The notes under the pieces were generated by a model. That model ran no database searches and was not told the origin of the DNA. It saw nothing but the letters and a program-made list of their open reading frames with translations. A DNA stretch of 64,000 nucleotides from the NCBI GenBank assembly GCA_963924565.1, contig OZ004607.1:13640001-13704000 (forward strand), read 5' to 3'. Numbering within the stretch: position 1 is the stretch's first letter; each line of letters begins with the position of its first letter. The stretch is from Ascidiella aspersa (taxonomy: Eukaryota). Made by a program: the position numbers and the translations under genes. This document shows positions 11,986 to 26,970 of this stretch, one piece after another.

Positions 11986-14706
11986 TCGCATAAAGGGGCA
12001 CAAACGGCAATTCGGCACGGCGGTGTTTGGATAGCGGCCAGCATTTGTGCGCTTTTGACCGGCCCTCAAGATGTTCGGGCGCAAAAGAGTGCTTGCTGCC
12101 GCGTCGGCGGTAATAGACTTTTCCCGTTTTGTTTTGATAGGTGCCCGTATCGACGCCGATATGATAACGGACTTCTCTTTAGCGCGACTCGCCTTGGTTT
12201 ACTTGTTTTGTGTTGGCTCGCTCGAGCGCGCGTCCCACATTTCAACACTATTGAATGACAGTGATCGTCTTATCTTGGCCGCGATTTTGGGCTTTGTGAC
12301 AGCGCCGCGCTTATATCCTTTGACAGGTTAGCGCTGGAGGCTAGACCCATTGGCGAAGTCTCTAGTCGCGATGGATGACCCTCAGTGCAATTTTGCCATG
12401 ACAAATGATTTGTTTTCTTGGTATTTCAAGCCTGCCTTTTATAGCGGATTTTCTGAGTTTTTTATTACTATAGATGTTTATAACAGCGAACACTAATACT
12501 TACTAATGTCGTTGGACAACATCATTAATGCTTACTATTCGTTAACATATAAATAACTTTTTTTGAGGGCTCAGATACCTCAGGGCATATAAATAACTTT
12601 TGGGGAAAAATAACGGAATTTTTTTGTAATCTGTTTAGTGATTTGTTGGAAGTTTACTGTACACATCCTGAGAATGTTCTACTGAACCCTGGGGTCCGTT
12701 CACAAGTTAGTTTTTTTTTCAATAACTAAACCATGTGGGTGCATTCTGCCGTTGCCAGTTTAACCACGTGTAGGTTGTTTCTTGTTGACCGAACCGAAAC
12801 TAAGAAATGGAGTGATGCGGTCGATAGGTCTAGGTTTACTTTGATGCGAAATCTTCCCCAGTGCGGAGTTTTGCGGGGATTCTTTCGCAAAGGTTTTAGA
12901 TTGTTCTGCTGCAGTGATCCGCCAGCCGAGGGCAGCGTCAGCAGCGTGCATGAATAATGCAGCGGCGCGGGCGCTTTTACTGTGAACCACTAATGCGCAA
13001 TCGCGCCGCAGAACCGCATGTGCGAATGCCGAAAGGGCGAGAGCATAGTTTGCATGCGTTCGCCGCCGCTCGCTGCAAACGTCATTAAAGCGCCTCAGAA
13101 ATCCAATACACGATTTCCAGTCGGACGGCCTCCTTCCTTTATTGCGATCGGGAAGCCCTGCGAACAATTGACCGAGTTTGGCGCGACGCCTTTTCACGAC
13201 GACTGTCGGATATGCGCGGTGCGCCGTTCGCTGCGCTGCGGAGCGCTCAATTGGAACCGGGAGAGGCCCGCGTGCTGACCCATTTAGATTTCATTAGCGG
13301 CGAGTCTTGACGGATGCGACGACGCTCGTTCGGAAACGAATAGTGTTTTTGACTGCCTGCTGTTTTTTCGCAGCTTTTCCCCGCGACGCGCTCTGATTGG
13401 CGGCTGGTGGATGAGGAGCAACGCGACGGAGGATGGAACGCAATTGCAATATTACCCGTGCTTTATTTTCCACTCTACCTTAATTCTGGTTTCATATCGT
13501 TCGTAAAATAGAGTTTGTTATCATCACTTGTCGGCAATTTTCATTCACATGTAGAATGGAATCCTTACAGTTTGCGATATTGCAAATGATAACTCGTATC
13601 TGAAATTTCCTACGTGTAACTAAGTTCAGGTTTAAACAACAATAGAGTATATTGCTGTAAAAGATCTTCATAGCAATACACATTCTAAATTCAAGAAAAG
13701 TCGAATTATTTAATTTAGATTTCTGGAATGTTCTGTTTTTGAATGTGCTATAACTTTTATGTGATTTGGTAGGACCAATGCATTGTAGAGACACAATTTT
13801 AACAATTTTGTACAGGTAGAGCAGTATGTATCTGTTTAAACCACTCTTCCGAAACCAACAAAAGAACCGTAAACAATGATTTTTGAGTTGTTTTCCATTT
13901 GTAACGGGTTGGGCCAAATTACGTTTCTGTGGTTCGCAAGCTACGTCGCCGTGTATCCGGTTACACCCAACACAGACAATGGACGTAAAATAGCCCGAGT
14001 TTTTCTCCCCAACCCGACCACAACATTAAGCGTCTTCAGCAGACCATTTGCCGCCCGTCGCCGCAGCGTATATACACCGCAAACAGCGGATTGTTTTGCA
14101 TTCAGGGTCAAGAGTGTTCGAGTGTTTACGACAAGGCGATTTGGGCTATTTTTAAGCTCCGCGAGCACGCACGTATCCAAGCCGGTTCCGGGTAATGCCG
14201 AGGGGTTCCTCATGATTGTGACTGTTTCTTGACGCGACCTGGTATGACAGCGGTGGTCTAATGGCCCACGACAGTCTACTTACCTGTAAATCGCCCACAA
14301 TGACCGCAAGCGTAGGCAATTTAATCGCCCTTGTGCCGAGCGCTTATAGGCCCGAAGCTGGTTGCGCTCACGTACACCGCATAAGGTTGTTTTTTTTGTC
14401 GCTGACCGGTGTATTTTTTCAGCGCATCGATTGGCCACTTTGCACCGTCACTTACCCGCGTGTGTTTGCATACGCGGATAAAAAATCGATCCCATACACT
14501 TTCTCCCCATTGGGCCGCGATTTTGTTGTGTCAGAGGGTGAACGGTCGAGTGTGCAGCGTTGGACGGTTTAGCCGCCTTAAGCGCAATCCTGATGACGAA
14601 GCGATTCGTTTACGCACTCAGAATACATTGGATCAGTTTACATGATGGGTTATGAAACCGTATAAGTTATCTTAATTATTTGTTGAGCGGTTTATACGCC
14701 TTAAAG

Positions 14707-15005
14707 CAGTGGTTCTCAACCTTTTAAGGCTAGCGGCACCCCTCAGAAATGATCAATAGATTACGCCCCCCTACATTTTCCCGTAGGTAAATCACTTGAA
14801 TGTCACAATAAATCGAACTGGAAAACACACATCAACTCTACACAACGTAGGAAGTTATAAATGGATTTATTCCACTTAAATCTTACACAAAAAGTAAGAG
14901 TTTATTAAAAATCAGATTCTCAAAGACTCTCAAATATCTCTCGGCACCCTTGGGCATTAGAAATGGCACCCCAGGGTGTCGCGGCACCCCGGTTGAGAGC
15001 CACTG
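14707..15005. mobile_element. hAT (Charlie-like) MITE
   Basis: TIRs CAGTGGTTCTCAACC...GGTTGAGAGCCACTG; GGCACCC subterminal repeats; degenerate TSD CCTTAAAG/CCTCAAAT. Confidence 0.75.
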
Positions 15006-18000
15006 CCTCAAATTGGAGCGGACTCACATTTATTGCCCTACTTTTCACAATATTAGCTCGGGTGGGAATTTAGAACTAAAATAGGACCTAAAAAATGTCC
15101 GGGTGTTTTTAAAGTGGCTATGTAAGCTGACACATTCCTGGTTTTATTTTAGCACAGTCTAAATTATTTAGAGCTCCCACTTTGGTGTTCGGCGGATTGA
15201 TTGACTTAAACAGACAGGTATGCTGTGTGGGTTAGCAAACATTTACCTACGATGGCCTAATGAACAAAAATGATGTTTTGACGCTGCTTAAACCTCTGGT
15301 CATTAAATAACATGAGGGGTATTGCTTAGTGTCGGCGAATTCGGGAAGGCAAATCATACTGTATCTGTCCCTAATGCGTTTCAATTACAGTCCTCTGGGC
15401 GCCCAGAAATCGAATTTAGCCCTCATTTTCACATTACGTTCTCCCACACGATACCGCAAAAACGCATACCTGTTACATTATATATGTATCGGAATTTAAT
15501 TTGCGCCCAATTTTGAGAATTATGAATGTTGACGCGCTCGAACAAGATTACTTCGGGCGCGCCGTTGACCGAATTCTAGACGTTTAAATGGAACAACAAT
15601 TATTATAAATCGGACGTGTTTACCTTTTCGCGTGCTCCACGAAATTTGCCCAAATTGGGCTGCTGTATCGCTTTTTACCGCGACCAGCAGATTCAATGAC
15701 ATAATCTAACAGCTTAACTACTTCGCGTCGATTTATTGCCGCTAATACGTGGCCCGGTGCGACTGACTCATAAAACCGTCCCCCTCTCTGGCACTTAGGC
15801 ATCATTACGCGAGGTTCAGGCCGGTTCGACTCGCGTTTCGCGCCAGTGCGTTTCAAGTGGCGCATGCAAGCGTGAAATCGCCGTCATTTTCACAATTGCA
15901 CCCCTCTCCCCCGCCTGGCTTTGCGCCCGAAGACAATGGCTGAGATGCTTCTTCGCCGCGCTCGAAAAGGAAGCGAAGAAGGACATGAGGGAGGCTCTCT
16001 CTGTTAAAGGAAATGCTCTCGGCGTTCAGTTGCACGCCTCCAACCAATTAACTTTGAAACTGAAGCACCTGAGGAGCGGTCACGTGAGCGCCCACGTTTA
16101 TTAGTCACCGAGAGTGTTTTGAGTCTTTTTTCGTTTCACCGCTAAATATTCGGCTGATCCCGCTTTAATTGGCGTTCTCAGCGCGCCATGAGATTATCCC
16201 AAATTCAACAGCGATGGTATCAAAACAAGCCTGGCTCGCCGATAATATTTCTGCAACACGGAGCTCATGATCAATTATAAAGTGGCGCCCCTGTTCATTC
16301 GCGGTGGTTATAACGTACATTTAGCACCCCCCTCGCTTTTCTAGCAGGAAGGGCTATTTCGGCAAACTCTCCGCCTATTGAAGCACTTCGAGTAACGAGA
16401 TTTCCCTGCAATTTACTTACAGTGAGCTAAAATACCATAGGGTAAACACCGCGGTGCTTAACGGTACTATTAGTAATTATCCTATTTGGTTGTTAAATTG
16501 AAATTGTGGTGGATACATTTGAGGTCATGTTTTTTTTCGCATTTTATTTGATTAATATAGACTTAAATCTATTTAAATAACGTTTTTCTTTGCCTTGTCA
16601 TCGTAAAACCATTTACACAGTCAACGCAGCGCCATATCTCTTGTATGCTAATAAGCGTGTATTAAAGATCTTGATTTATTTGCACGCAAAATTATTTCAT
16701 GCAGCTTTCACCACGCATCACTAACATGCCCACAGGTGTGCCTGCCAGACCAACGCTACGAGAAGCGTGTCATTAATTTCCGTGATATTAAATTCGGAAG
16801 GCAACGACGGAGCGGCGATCGAGCGTGTACACGGTTTATCGCTTTAATGAGTTCGGCCGCTATAAACCCGTATATCGGTGAATCGAATCTCGTCGCCAGG
16901 CCGCCGCGTACACGTCAAGCCGATTTAAGACGAACTGATACAAGTAGATGACGGCGCTCGTAATGCGCGTTCACCGCAGCAGGGGTTAAGCAGAGTGCAG
17001 AGAAACCAAGCGGCAGCGCGCTAAAGCCAAGGACAGGCGAGTCGGTCGCGTTTGTGTAAAGCACACAGGTCATCGCACGGACCGGTCTCGCTTCGTATCT
17101 CGGTGATTGCGCCTGGGCGCCTGTTTACACCGCGATAAGCCGTCCGTGCAGCGCCTTAGCGATCTCTGACCGTGATATCGCAAAGCCCAGTGAAGGCCGC
17201 TACGCTCGTTTTGACTTTAAGTTTTCAACCGACCTGCGGATTTGAGGTCCGTAAATGGACCGAGCCTAAATTGACTGCCTGTGTTTTAATCGGCCGAATA
17301 CAGTTCCTGGAAAGATGCCGCGCTTGATAGAGACCCGCCATTCAGGTCGAAACTCGGGCTTGGCTTCACCTGTTAAGGAATTTCAACATTTTAAGTGAGC
17401 ACACCTTAATTTCTACCGACCATGGATGTAGCTGAATGCCGTTTGTTGTATAAATAATCTATCGCTAACCTAGATCTACTGACCTATTTCCTCGTATTTG
17501 TTTTTTCCTTTGTAGCACCTCTGTTGTTTTATTTAATCCAAAGATAACTAAGCTTTGGTTCCACAATTTGGATAATGGAATTAGCGATGTTTAATTTTAT
17601 CCAGGTGAAGAAATGTGTAAACAGTGTCCTAGAACCTCTTTGAAACCGCGTTTCTAAATAGTTGGCCAACAAGCATTTTAACAGAGGGATTACCTCGTGT
17701 CTATACTAATCAAGCGACCCGTCGACAGAAGAAGTATCAAATTCGCATTTCGCCGAATTAACGGCGAACAGCTTCTTGCCCGAAATGTGCGGCGTGCTGG
17801 GGAACCAAGGAAACGGGGGTGTGCATCTCTATGCAACGCGCGCGGACATAAGGCGAAAGAACGTAGTCAAACACGACGCCGAAAGGTTTATGGCCCGCAC
17901 TCGGCCGACCACACAATGGCTTTCGAAACGGGCAGAGTTTGCACAGCCACTGCACGCTCCATTCTTCTTCTGCCATTTCGGCCGAGCGGCGGCCCATTAA

Positions 18001-21000
18001 AAAGGGAACCGAAATGCTCTCCGCCGTCGGTTTGAGTGCGTTGGAGTCGCGGTTTGTGTACACTACCCGCGACCGCGACGAGTTAACAACTCGATGGGGC
18101 CTTCGCTCGACGACGGGCTACAACGTTGCCTTTTTGTTGAACTAGCGGAGGAAGCGGCCCACACAGTTTGGGATGAAACATTATCAAGTGAAAGAAATCG
18201 ATTTTTCAGCAGCAAATAATATTGACAATCAATGCATTGAATTATAAAATAGAACAATTGTCAAAATAAACACGTTCAACCATTATCGTGAAGCTGACAG
18301 CCACTTTTCTGGTGCTGGCATGAGTTGTTCTATGTAACCAGAAGTTTGGTGCCACACAAAATTACTTGATACTTTTTAAAATAGTTTAATTCTGTTTTTA
18401 TCATTAACATTTTTGTTGTTAATTTGATTTTTAACGTTACATTTATTATCTTAAATAACGAAAGACGTCTAATCGTACATTGTTGACTAGGAAAACATTT
18501 GCAGTTCTTTGAAAACGTTGGCTGAGTCGTAACATATTTCGAAATAAGATCGCAAAAACGGCAAAATACATTTAACCGTATAGGCTCGAATTAAACTAAA
18601 AAATTAATAAAACACCTCCTAATGTAATGGATTTTGTTTTTTTTCTAACTTTTTTGGATATCATTTAATATCAGTTGCCTCATCAACGATACTGTTCTAT
18701 TCGCCGTGAATGTTTTTAGACACCGTGACCATGGTTAAATTAACTCGAACAAAAACATCAATTTAAAATTATTAAATCAAAAGCAAACATATTATGCATT
18801 GTATTATTTCGAAGCACAAAACTTTTACTTTAAGGTTTCTTCTATACAGCGTACGCCCTCATAATTTACATGCCTCATTAGATTTGTAATGTTTTGCGCA
18901 CGAAAAAGAAAGGTTTTAAAAGGCTTATCATTAAATTGGAACGGGGCGAGCGCCCAGGGATAATGTGATCGTTGTGGCTTTGCTTCCCACGTCGTACCTT
19001 GGGGATTTCACGCGAGGTCTGCTGAAACAATCATGGGCAAAGCGCCGCGAAATGATGACTGTCAGTCAAATTTCACTTCGTTCGCGAGCAAAGCGCGTCG
19101 CCGAACATGTACTGACCGCCGGAGACCTTGGTAGCCTTGATAAACCGCCTTGCCTAAAAGGTCAGTCAACAGGGGAACGCCATTAATCGACAGAGCGGAG
19201 CGCGCGAGGCCGACCGGCGGCCCTTTTTCCCCTTCGCTGCGCAGGCTGGCACCGCCTACCCGAATAGCACCAGGCAGCCGCAAGAGGACTATTCAGCTTT
19301 GCGCGCGCTTGCGATGATCAATATTGATAATATTGACGCGGTCCAAACAAAGTTTGACCAGAGCCGCTGCCTCATTACACAACGACACTCCAGAACACCG
19401 ACCGGTTCTTCTATTTTTGATATGCACACGCCCCTATAAGTCATGGTGATCGGTGATTGGCCAGAGCCACAAGGGAGGATTATACGATTGCTCAATCGCC
19501 GCTAAACTGACGCCTACACATCTTTATAATGAAGGAACTTGTTCGATAGGGGCTATAGGTTGTTGTAACTTGTGCCTTTTTATGGCTTTGTGTAATGGCG
19601 CAACTATGGAGCTTGGAGTAAAAATCCCTATTTTTGTGGCAAAAATAAAATAATGAACATGCTAAAACAAAATGTGAAATGGCTCATTTTGTTATAAAAC
19701 TCATTTTAAGGTAAAAAAGTTCTTAATATTAATATATGAAAAATAAATCAATCGAAAATGTCCATTTTCTTCTTTGAAAATGTGCTGAAAAATACAAACA
19801 AAGTCGTTTGATCTCATTACTGTTCTATGATAACAAGCAGGCTAAACTTAGTCGAAAGTTTTCGTCCACTGACACCACTAACAACTTGTCTATTGTTAGG
19901 ACGTGGTCTAATTTAGCCACCAGTAAAGGCTGGCAGAGGTACGTGTAAATTGCGCCGGCAGCTCAAACGATGAAACACGGGTGAAATTTCAAACCGGTTT
20001 CCGCAGTTCACTTTCCGCGAGCAGGCCTTAGCATTTCGGATTCCAAGTTTGATTGGTATTAACCCCTCCACCAGCCCCCGTATTCAGTGACGCAGGGTCT
20101 TTGCGTCGTGTGGTCGTTGAGCGCCCATGTGAATCGTGTCGTATCGCTACCGCCGTATCACTGTCAAGTGGGGACGGTATTGGGTTTGTAACTTGGCCAA
20201 CGCGAACCATAACCCCGTAGCCCCCGCGGACCAGCAGACGAACGGCCTAACTGGACCAGGTGTAGGGTTCGGTTATCTTGACACCGCCGCTTTCTGTGCC
20301 AATGCGAAAGTTAAGGAGAGACAGTTTAAACCCAATGCTGTGAGGCTATGACCCCGGCACTTAACATGGAACAAGTGGTTTTGTTATTTTTTAATTTAAA
20401 CGCTCGCCAGATGATTTTTAAATTGGTTTATTTTTAAGTTTTGGTATTTTTGTATCGAAGATTGACAAAACATTTAAATTTTGTTTTAAACTTTCTAAAC
20501 AGTAATGTTATACAATCTAGCTTGGCTTTGGCTTAAAAAATAATCAAATATTTGCTTAGGCCCCAAAACAAAAAAAGATTTAAAAAGCAGAAATACAGCT
20601 AACTAGCCGTCACCGATAGACTTAAAAAATAATTTAAAGTTACGACGTAAAACAACGCTCAGGGTTAGGTTACCCACTTCTCTGTAGGTGCCGCAGACCA
20701 CAGGCCTCAGGATGCTTTCGAAGCTCGTCATCAAACTGTTTTGTATGCAAACTAAGTTATGCATGAACTTGTTTTTCGTCGCCAGATCAGGTGCTAGGCA
20801 TGATAATCTCCCCGCGTGGAGCATGAATAACTCTGCATGATTCATGCCCTCCAGACCATCAGTAATCAGTAATCGATGTCAAACGGAATATTTAACTTTA
20901 GGCCCCAGATGCCGACGATCGGCAATAAAAATGCCTTTCTCTTGCGGTGGGGCGATACTCGGATGACGTTGAGTGTACCTTAAATGGTGGCGCGGCCCCA

Positions 21001-21024
21001 AACGTGCGCACGCGCGTCGCGTTC

Positions 21025-21043
21025 GTGTGTGTGTGTGTGTGTG
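21025..21043. repeat. (GT)n microsatellite
   Basis: About 9 GT units. Confidence 0.85.
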
Positions 21044-24000
21044 TTTTCCCATGTTGTTTGCGCTCGCCGCTTTCGTAAGGACTGAGAAAGACTCGGTCGG
21101 TGACGCACGCATTAAACTAAGGGGCCAATACGACTGTGAGCTTTCCCCACCCTAAGTGGGATCGCCAAGTCGATCAGCTCCCCCGGCCGGGACTCGGTCA
21201 ATGCGATTGCCTATTGCCCTTTGGCATAGTAAAGGCGCCAAACAAGCTGAACGCGCAAACGCGGAGGCTACTTGCGCTCCAGTGACGTAGCCGTGCGTCA
21301 AGCTGTCGAGAATCTTGCGAGCGACTTACGTCACGTGGGCGAGTGCGTCTTCTCGTCGATGACGTACTGGCTGCTGTTGTTGCAGATCATTTTCACTCTG
21401 AAGACTTGTTGTATCCGTGCCAACACGCGTTTAGATGGCTACTTATTGCTAGGCCATGACCTGAAGGCCGAGCTCGCAGGGCTCGAAACAGTTGATTTCG
21501 CCAACACAAGCATTTTGATCCTTGGTGTTAATTTTTTTCTTGAGTTGACCTTGTGTAACTGCAACAATCAAAAAAATATCCACGCCAAAAACGTTTCGAT
21601 CTAGAGCACAATAGAAGTAGCAAAACTACGCTCAGAAACGAATTTCAAATTTGCCCTACGACACGTCAGGTTGTCAGTGTTATTTTTTTTTGAATATATT
21701 GTGGTTAGAGCTATGAAAAAATAAACAGTTATAAAGTTGATATGACGCAAGCCAAATATCAAAAGATAGGTAAAGTCGTGTGTCATGTTGTTTAAAAGCC
21801 TATACTCCCACTTTTCAGTCTCGGACAAACAAACCGCTCATTTATTTTCATAGTTATCTTCAACCAATTATTTCGGGCCCTGTGTTCCAGCAATTTCCTT
21901 CCGAAGCCGGCAGCGGGTTGTTTGTCCAACACGAACATTGATGCATGGCTGCGCGTGACATTTGGCTCCCAGAAAATTCACCTCTGGCCGCTTTGCAAAA
22001 CAAGGCCTCTGCTGCATGCGAAGGGATCACGCCAGGGCTGCCATTTGGGAGATTCGATTAGCGCCCGTGCGGCAAATGCCAGGAGAATTTAGGTCCGCTA
22101 TTTGTTTACACCGGGACCTTTAGGGCGCCCGAAGATAAGGCCGCCGGCGGCCACCTAGCAATTGTTGCGGCTTCGTGGCGCTTTTTGCCGAAAGGGTATA
22201 CGTTCACTCGGATGATTAACGTGCCTATAGCGTTCCATCGGCTATTTTCGCCGTTTTCTGCGGCATTGGCGTAGACTTTCTAAATGCGATTTACGACCCC
22301 CAAAAGCTTGTGTTGACTTTTTGAATAATATAAAATTTTGACGATTGACGGTATATGCTTCTCTAACCGCGAGTAAAAGTTTTAGTATTACTTGCTTTCA
22401 AAATCTTTTACCATTTTGCGCTCATTGGGCTAATAAACCACAATAGACTTTTTTTCTCGGATTCAAATTTGTGTTTTATTAAAACCAATTCCCAGATCTC
22501 GAAAAATTTGTCTCGAATTCATGTGGAAACTATAACCAATCTGTTTTTAAGCAGACCGGTAATTGTTTCTCAAAGATCCGGAACGTTAAAGTTGGCTCTG
22601 ACACATGCGCCACGGTAGCCCGACCGAGCGTTACGACTTCGACCAATATAACTTGGCATCCTTCGTTCGATGGGACCCCTTGTGTGCGCGGCCATTGTCC
22701 GGCCCTAATCCCTCGCGTTTGTGTCGCTGCTTCGGCTCGCCGGCCAAGGGGCATTGTGGCCGCACGAACACTCTTGGCCACAATTGTTCCCGCGCCGGTC
22801 AGCCGCCGTGAGGGCCCTCGACAAGTGACGCTCGTGGAAACTACGTCCTCGGCCCCGAGCCCCGCGCTCCCAAAAATCAATAACGGGCCGTCCGACGAGC
22901 GTTTGCTCAACCCCAGCTCATTAACCCGATCGAGAGGCGCGCTGCAAGTTGCCGACCTAAAGCGATATACGGAAGGGTTGCTTGGTCGGTTGTTGTTGGG
23001 GATGGGTTGCGTTTGAGGTAGGCGAAAAGCACGGAAAAGTGCCGGGCGAGTGCCGTGCTGGAGTGCAACCCAATTAGCCAGGAGTGGCCCCTCGACTCGA
23101 CGATTGTCGATTCGCCCACGTGACCCTCACCGAAAAAGCGACCACCACACCAACAAATGAGACTATGACGCGCGTTTGTTTCAACCTGCCACTCAGAAAT
23201 GGCTCAACACTATATCCCGGTTACGAGGTCTTCAGCAAGCATCGATAACTTTACGCCCATTATCGCCTATATTAGGAATATTACCGATAAGGAACAGTAT
23301 TTTCAATAAAGGGTTTAGGGTGAAATTTCTGGAATTCGGTAAAATGTGAACTGACACATTTGGCTCAACTGCTTCTCTATCAGCGCTGAAACGATGACAT
23401 CCACGCAAAATACACCCCCGTAAGTCGAGATTTATCAGTAATTTGTTCGACATATCTCTACGCTCACATCGAGGCGCAGCAGCTGTACAGTCACTCAAGC
23501 AATCGGTCGACTCGCTTTTTTCCATCACGTTTTTTTCCATCGAGTATGATCGAGAACACAGGTGAAACGCGATATATCACCATCGCAACTGCCGGAACGC
23601 GGACCGGCGCGACATATGCCGGGCATACAGCGCAAAATCGATCCGATAACAGGTGGCTGTTTCTCCTCCACCGCTGACCTGTCGGATCTGCATACCGACA
23701 ATAGGCAAAGCTATAAACTCATACCGCACGTTAACCTGTAAACACCCACATTTTACGGCGCAAAGCGTAGGATTCGGCGTGCGGTTTCGAAAGAATGTTC
23801 CGAAAAAAATCGATAATCTTCCGTGTGCTGGATCGATAGGATTCAATTTTTGCTGGAAATGTCATGCAACGTTGGGCGGAAGGGTCAAAAGGAGACAATC
23901 CAAATGCCGGCTTTCGCTTCAGGATTGGCTCTGAGGATGTATTGCAGCATCCAACACAGTTCGTTACACATTTTCTGGTGCGAACGCTTGTCGGCCGAAT

Positions 24001-24743
24001 GGGTTACTTCCGCTCTCCACCAATACCCTTACACGGGGTCTGCCCTCGCTATTAGCAGTCCTCGCAATACATGGGTGTATGCAGCAAATATGACGCCTCG
24101 AGAACCACGAGTATTTGAATGATATAAATATCCGACCTGTAACGACTTAGAATAACCCTCCAAACCGAGTGGATGGTATTCTATATTTGATCTAAGAGCT
24201 TGAAGCATATATTTAGTGGAGGTTGTAGTTTGAATTATTTTTTTTTCTGTATTGCCTTTAATACTCATTCTGATTTGATGGTATTTTAAGATGTTACGTT
24301 ATTAGTCGTTATAATAAAATTAATGTTCCAACAAACGTCCGTTATTTAGAAAATAAACTTTATTATAAAGTTGCAATCCAAAACCATATTTAAATATTCT
24401 AAGGCAGAATATTTAAATTCTATTCAGTTTTCGATTTTTTTTAATTCTATTCAGTTTCGAAACCCTGCACGATGAAACGAGGCTAAATCTGTGGAATGAA
24501 TTTTCATTTTTTTAAAATGGGAAAATTAACCAGGTATTTCCGACATTTGTCACGCGGTGCACCCCGAAACGACTCAAAAATTTCCAGTTTCTATACATTA
24601 GGGCAGTTAGTAAGCCCGTGCGAATCCTCGAGATGAAATGTAAGCTTCTAAACTTTAAATTTTATAGTGCCCTCGATCCCGGCTAGGTGATGGCTTTGAG
24701 CTTATCCTGAAAGCTGTCGACTCAAGAACCTGTCTGTCTAGAA

Positions 24744-25064
24744 CAGGGGTTCTTAAACTGGGGTCCATGGACCCATTGGGGGTCCGTGAACTAGTTTTAG
24801 GGGGTCTGTGAACTAGTTTTAGGGGGTCCATGAAAGCCTAATTAAAAAACTAGTGTATACTTAAAAGTAATTGATGTTTAAAAGAAAACACTTTAATTAA
24901 AAATTAAACGGTTTTGCACTGAATGTATAGTTAGACTCCATTTAACTTTCACATTTGTCGGACCGAAATAACAGAGTCATGAAGTTTATTTGTATTGTGA
25001 CGTCATTTTGGAGCATTTCTTGTCTACCGGGGTCCATGCAAAGCAAAAATTGCATGGACCCCGG
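24744..25064. mobile_element. Truncated hAT MITE (same family as 49825-50057)
   Basis: Left TIR CAGGGGTTCTTAAACTGGGGTCCATG and internal sequence shared with the 49825 copy; the right end is replaced by a 15-bp foldback. Confidence 0.7.
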
Positions 25065-26936
25065 GAATCACATGAAGAAGTCCGTGTGTTTACAGCGTTG
25101 ATTGTATGAAGTCATGCTATTATTAGGATCCGGGATTTGTTTGAGCAAAGTCGCATGACAACGTTTGCATGAAAAGCACACGGAGGGAAACCCCCATGAT
25201 TCGCGTCGTCATTGAAGGTCACCAAGAAATAGACTCCTGATTCTCTCCAAAAACGTGACATGGGGAGAACCGCTCAACGTCGCAGGAATTTATGAGTATG
25301 CTGATTAATATCGAGAACGTCTTGCGACCTGGACTCTATTTCGAGCGCATTACCACATTCAAAGTCTACTCCTATAAGTGTAATGTGTTATTTTTGCAAG
25401 CTGTTGTAACAAAGGGTCGTGTTTCCATTGTTATTGCTGTAGGCTTAATGGGATGTTACACTTTTAGCCTGTTTTGGGAAACCCAAACACTGCAAGTCAT
25501 TTGTGCCAAGCGCTAGATGGTCCACGTTTGTGTGCTTCTTTCCATTCATCTGACAACTTAACTTACACTACTCTAAGCCTGCGAGTTTTCCCAAAGCTGT
25601 ACAGTTTCGGGGTTGAACAAAGTGCTACCAATCAGTCATATCGGACCCCCAAATCAGAATCGCCAGAAGGCCAAACAATACTAAAAATAACAATGTCGAT
25701 AAAAACGTATACATTTTTTTTCAAGGTTGACACGAAGTCTTTGAATCTATAAATGTAGATTAATTTGCGTTTTGAAAAGTATTTGAAAAGTCCTATGTTT
25801 CACCAACAATCATTAATTAGTCTTGACACTTGTTTTTTGGTAAGCTATATGTTTGGAATGAGCCATACTAAAACACCATTTAAAACCAGTTGCTATTTTG
25901 ATCACCATGGAAGTGTAGTTATTTTGATATTCAAAACATCTCTCGTGATGTGTTGTAGGAATTTGTATCCGTATAAACTTTCTTTGAAGCGTTGTTGAAG
26001 GTCATTGAACTTATTTTCTAAAAATGTGTGGCAACCCTGATATTCATATCATATATGAAGTGTTTTAGACTGTTCAAGGTAGATTGGTATAAATATAAAT
26101 AACAATTATTAGCAAGTATCGGTTAAAATCAAACTGTTGCACTGTGACCACGTGAGTCAGGTTGCAAGTGTAAATTTATTCCGTCAATCTTTGTCAATGT
26201 TTCTCGGGATAACATGGAGTGGAATGTAATTGTTTTTTAAAGATCTCACGAGGACAGCATACAAGCTATACATCTGAAATCCATTTCCTTGTTCGTTTAA
26301 AAAAACATGTGCAATTTGCTGAAAATAACCCAAAATTCAGTATTTCATTGACCTAAAGTCTAAGTGGAGTAAAACTACCAACACAACATTTGCAAATGCC
26401 GCATAATGCAGTAGTCTCTATTTTAGTAGTTAGGGACTGAGACAAGTAAGGTAGAGTCAACATATCTTGAACCAAACCCTTTTAGACAAAATCTTAGCCA
26501 AGGCTGTAAAAAATAGAAAAATACATTTAACTTTCTCACAGCAGTCATCTTAAAGGCAAGGCCTATATTTCACGGACTTGGCGTAAAATGGCAAATTTGA
26601 AAAGTCTGGGCCAAAATAATCCCAAATCAAATTTTATTTGCGATTTCCGGCTCTGTCGCAAAATATTTTAGTCGACGCTTTGATGACGTAATCCTGCCCT
26701 ATGTGTGGATTGCCAGTTCCCGTTTTGGAGCGTCGAACAATGGGGGCGCGGTGCTGTAAAAACCACACTCTCCCATTTCAATATTCTCTGCTGACAATCG
26801 CACCGCTGCATTGCGCCACACAGGCTCAGTAGGCGTGACGGGCGCACATTCACCGCCAAAGCGGCAGGCCAATAGCTTTTGTTGGTGATTTCCCTGGAAG
26901 TGCTTTGGCGGGGACATTTCTACACAGGGCTGTTTA

Positions 26937-26969
<33 letters not shown>
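26937..26969. repeat. (GCT)n microsatellite
   Basis: About 11 GCT units. Confidence 0.9.
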
Positions 26970-26970
<1 letters not shown>

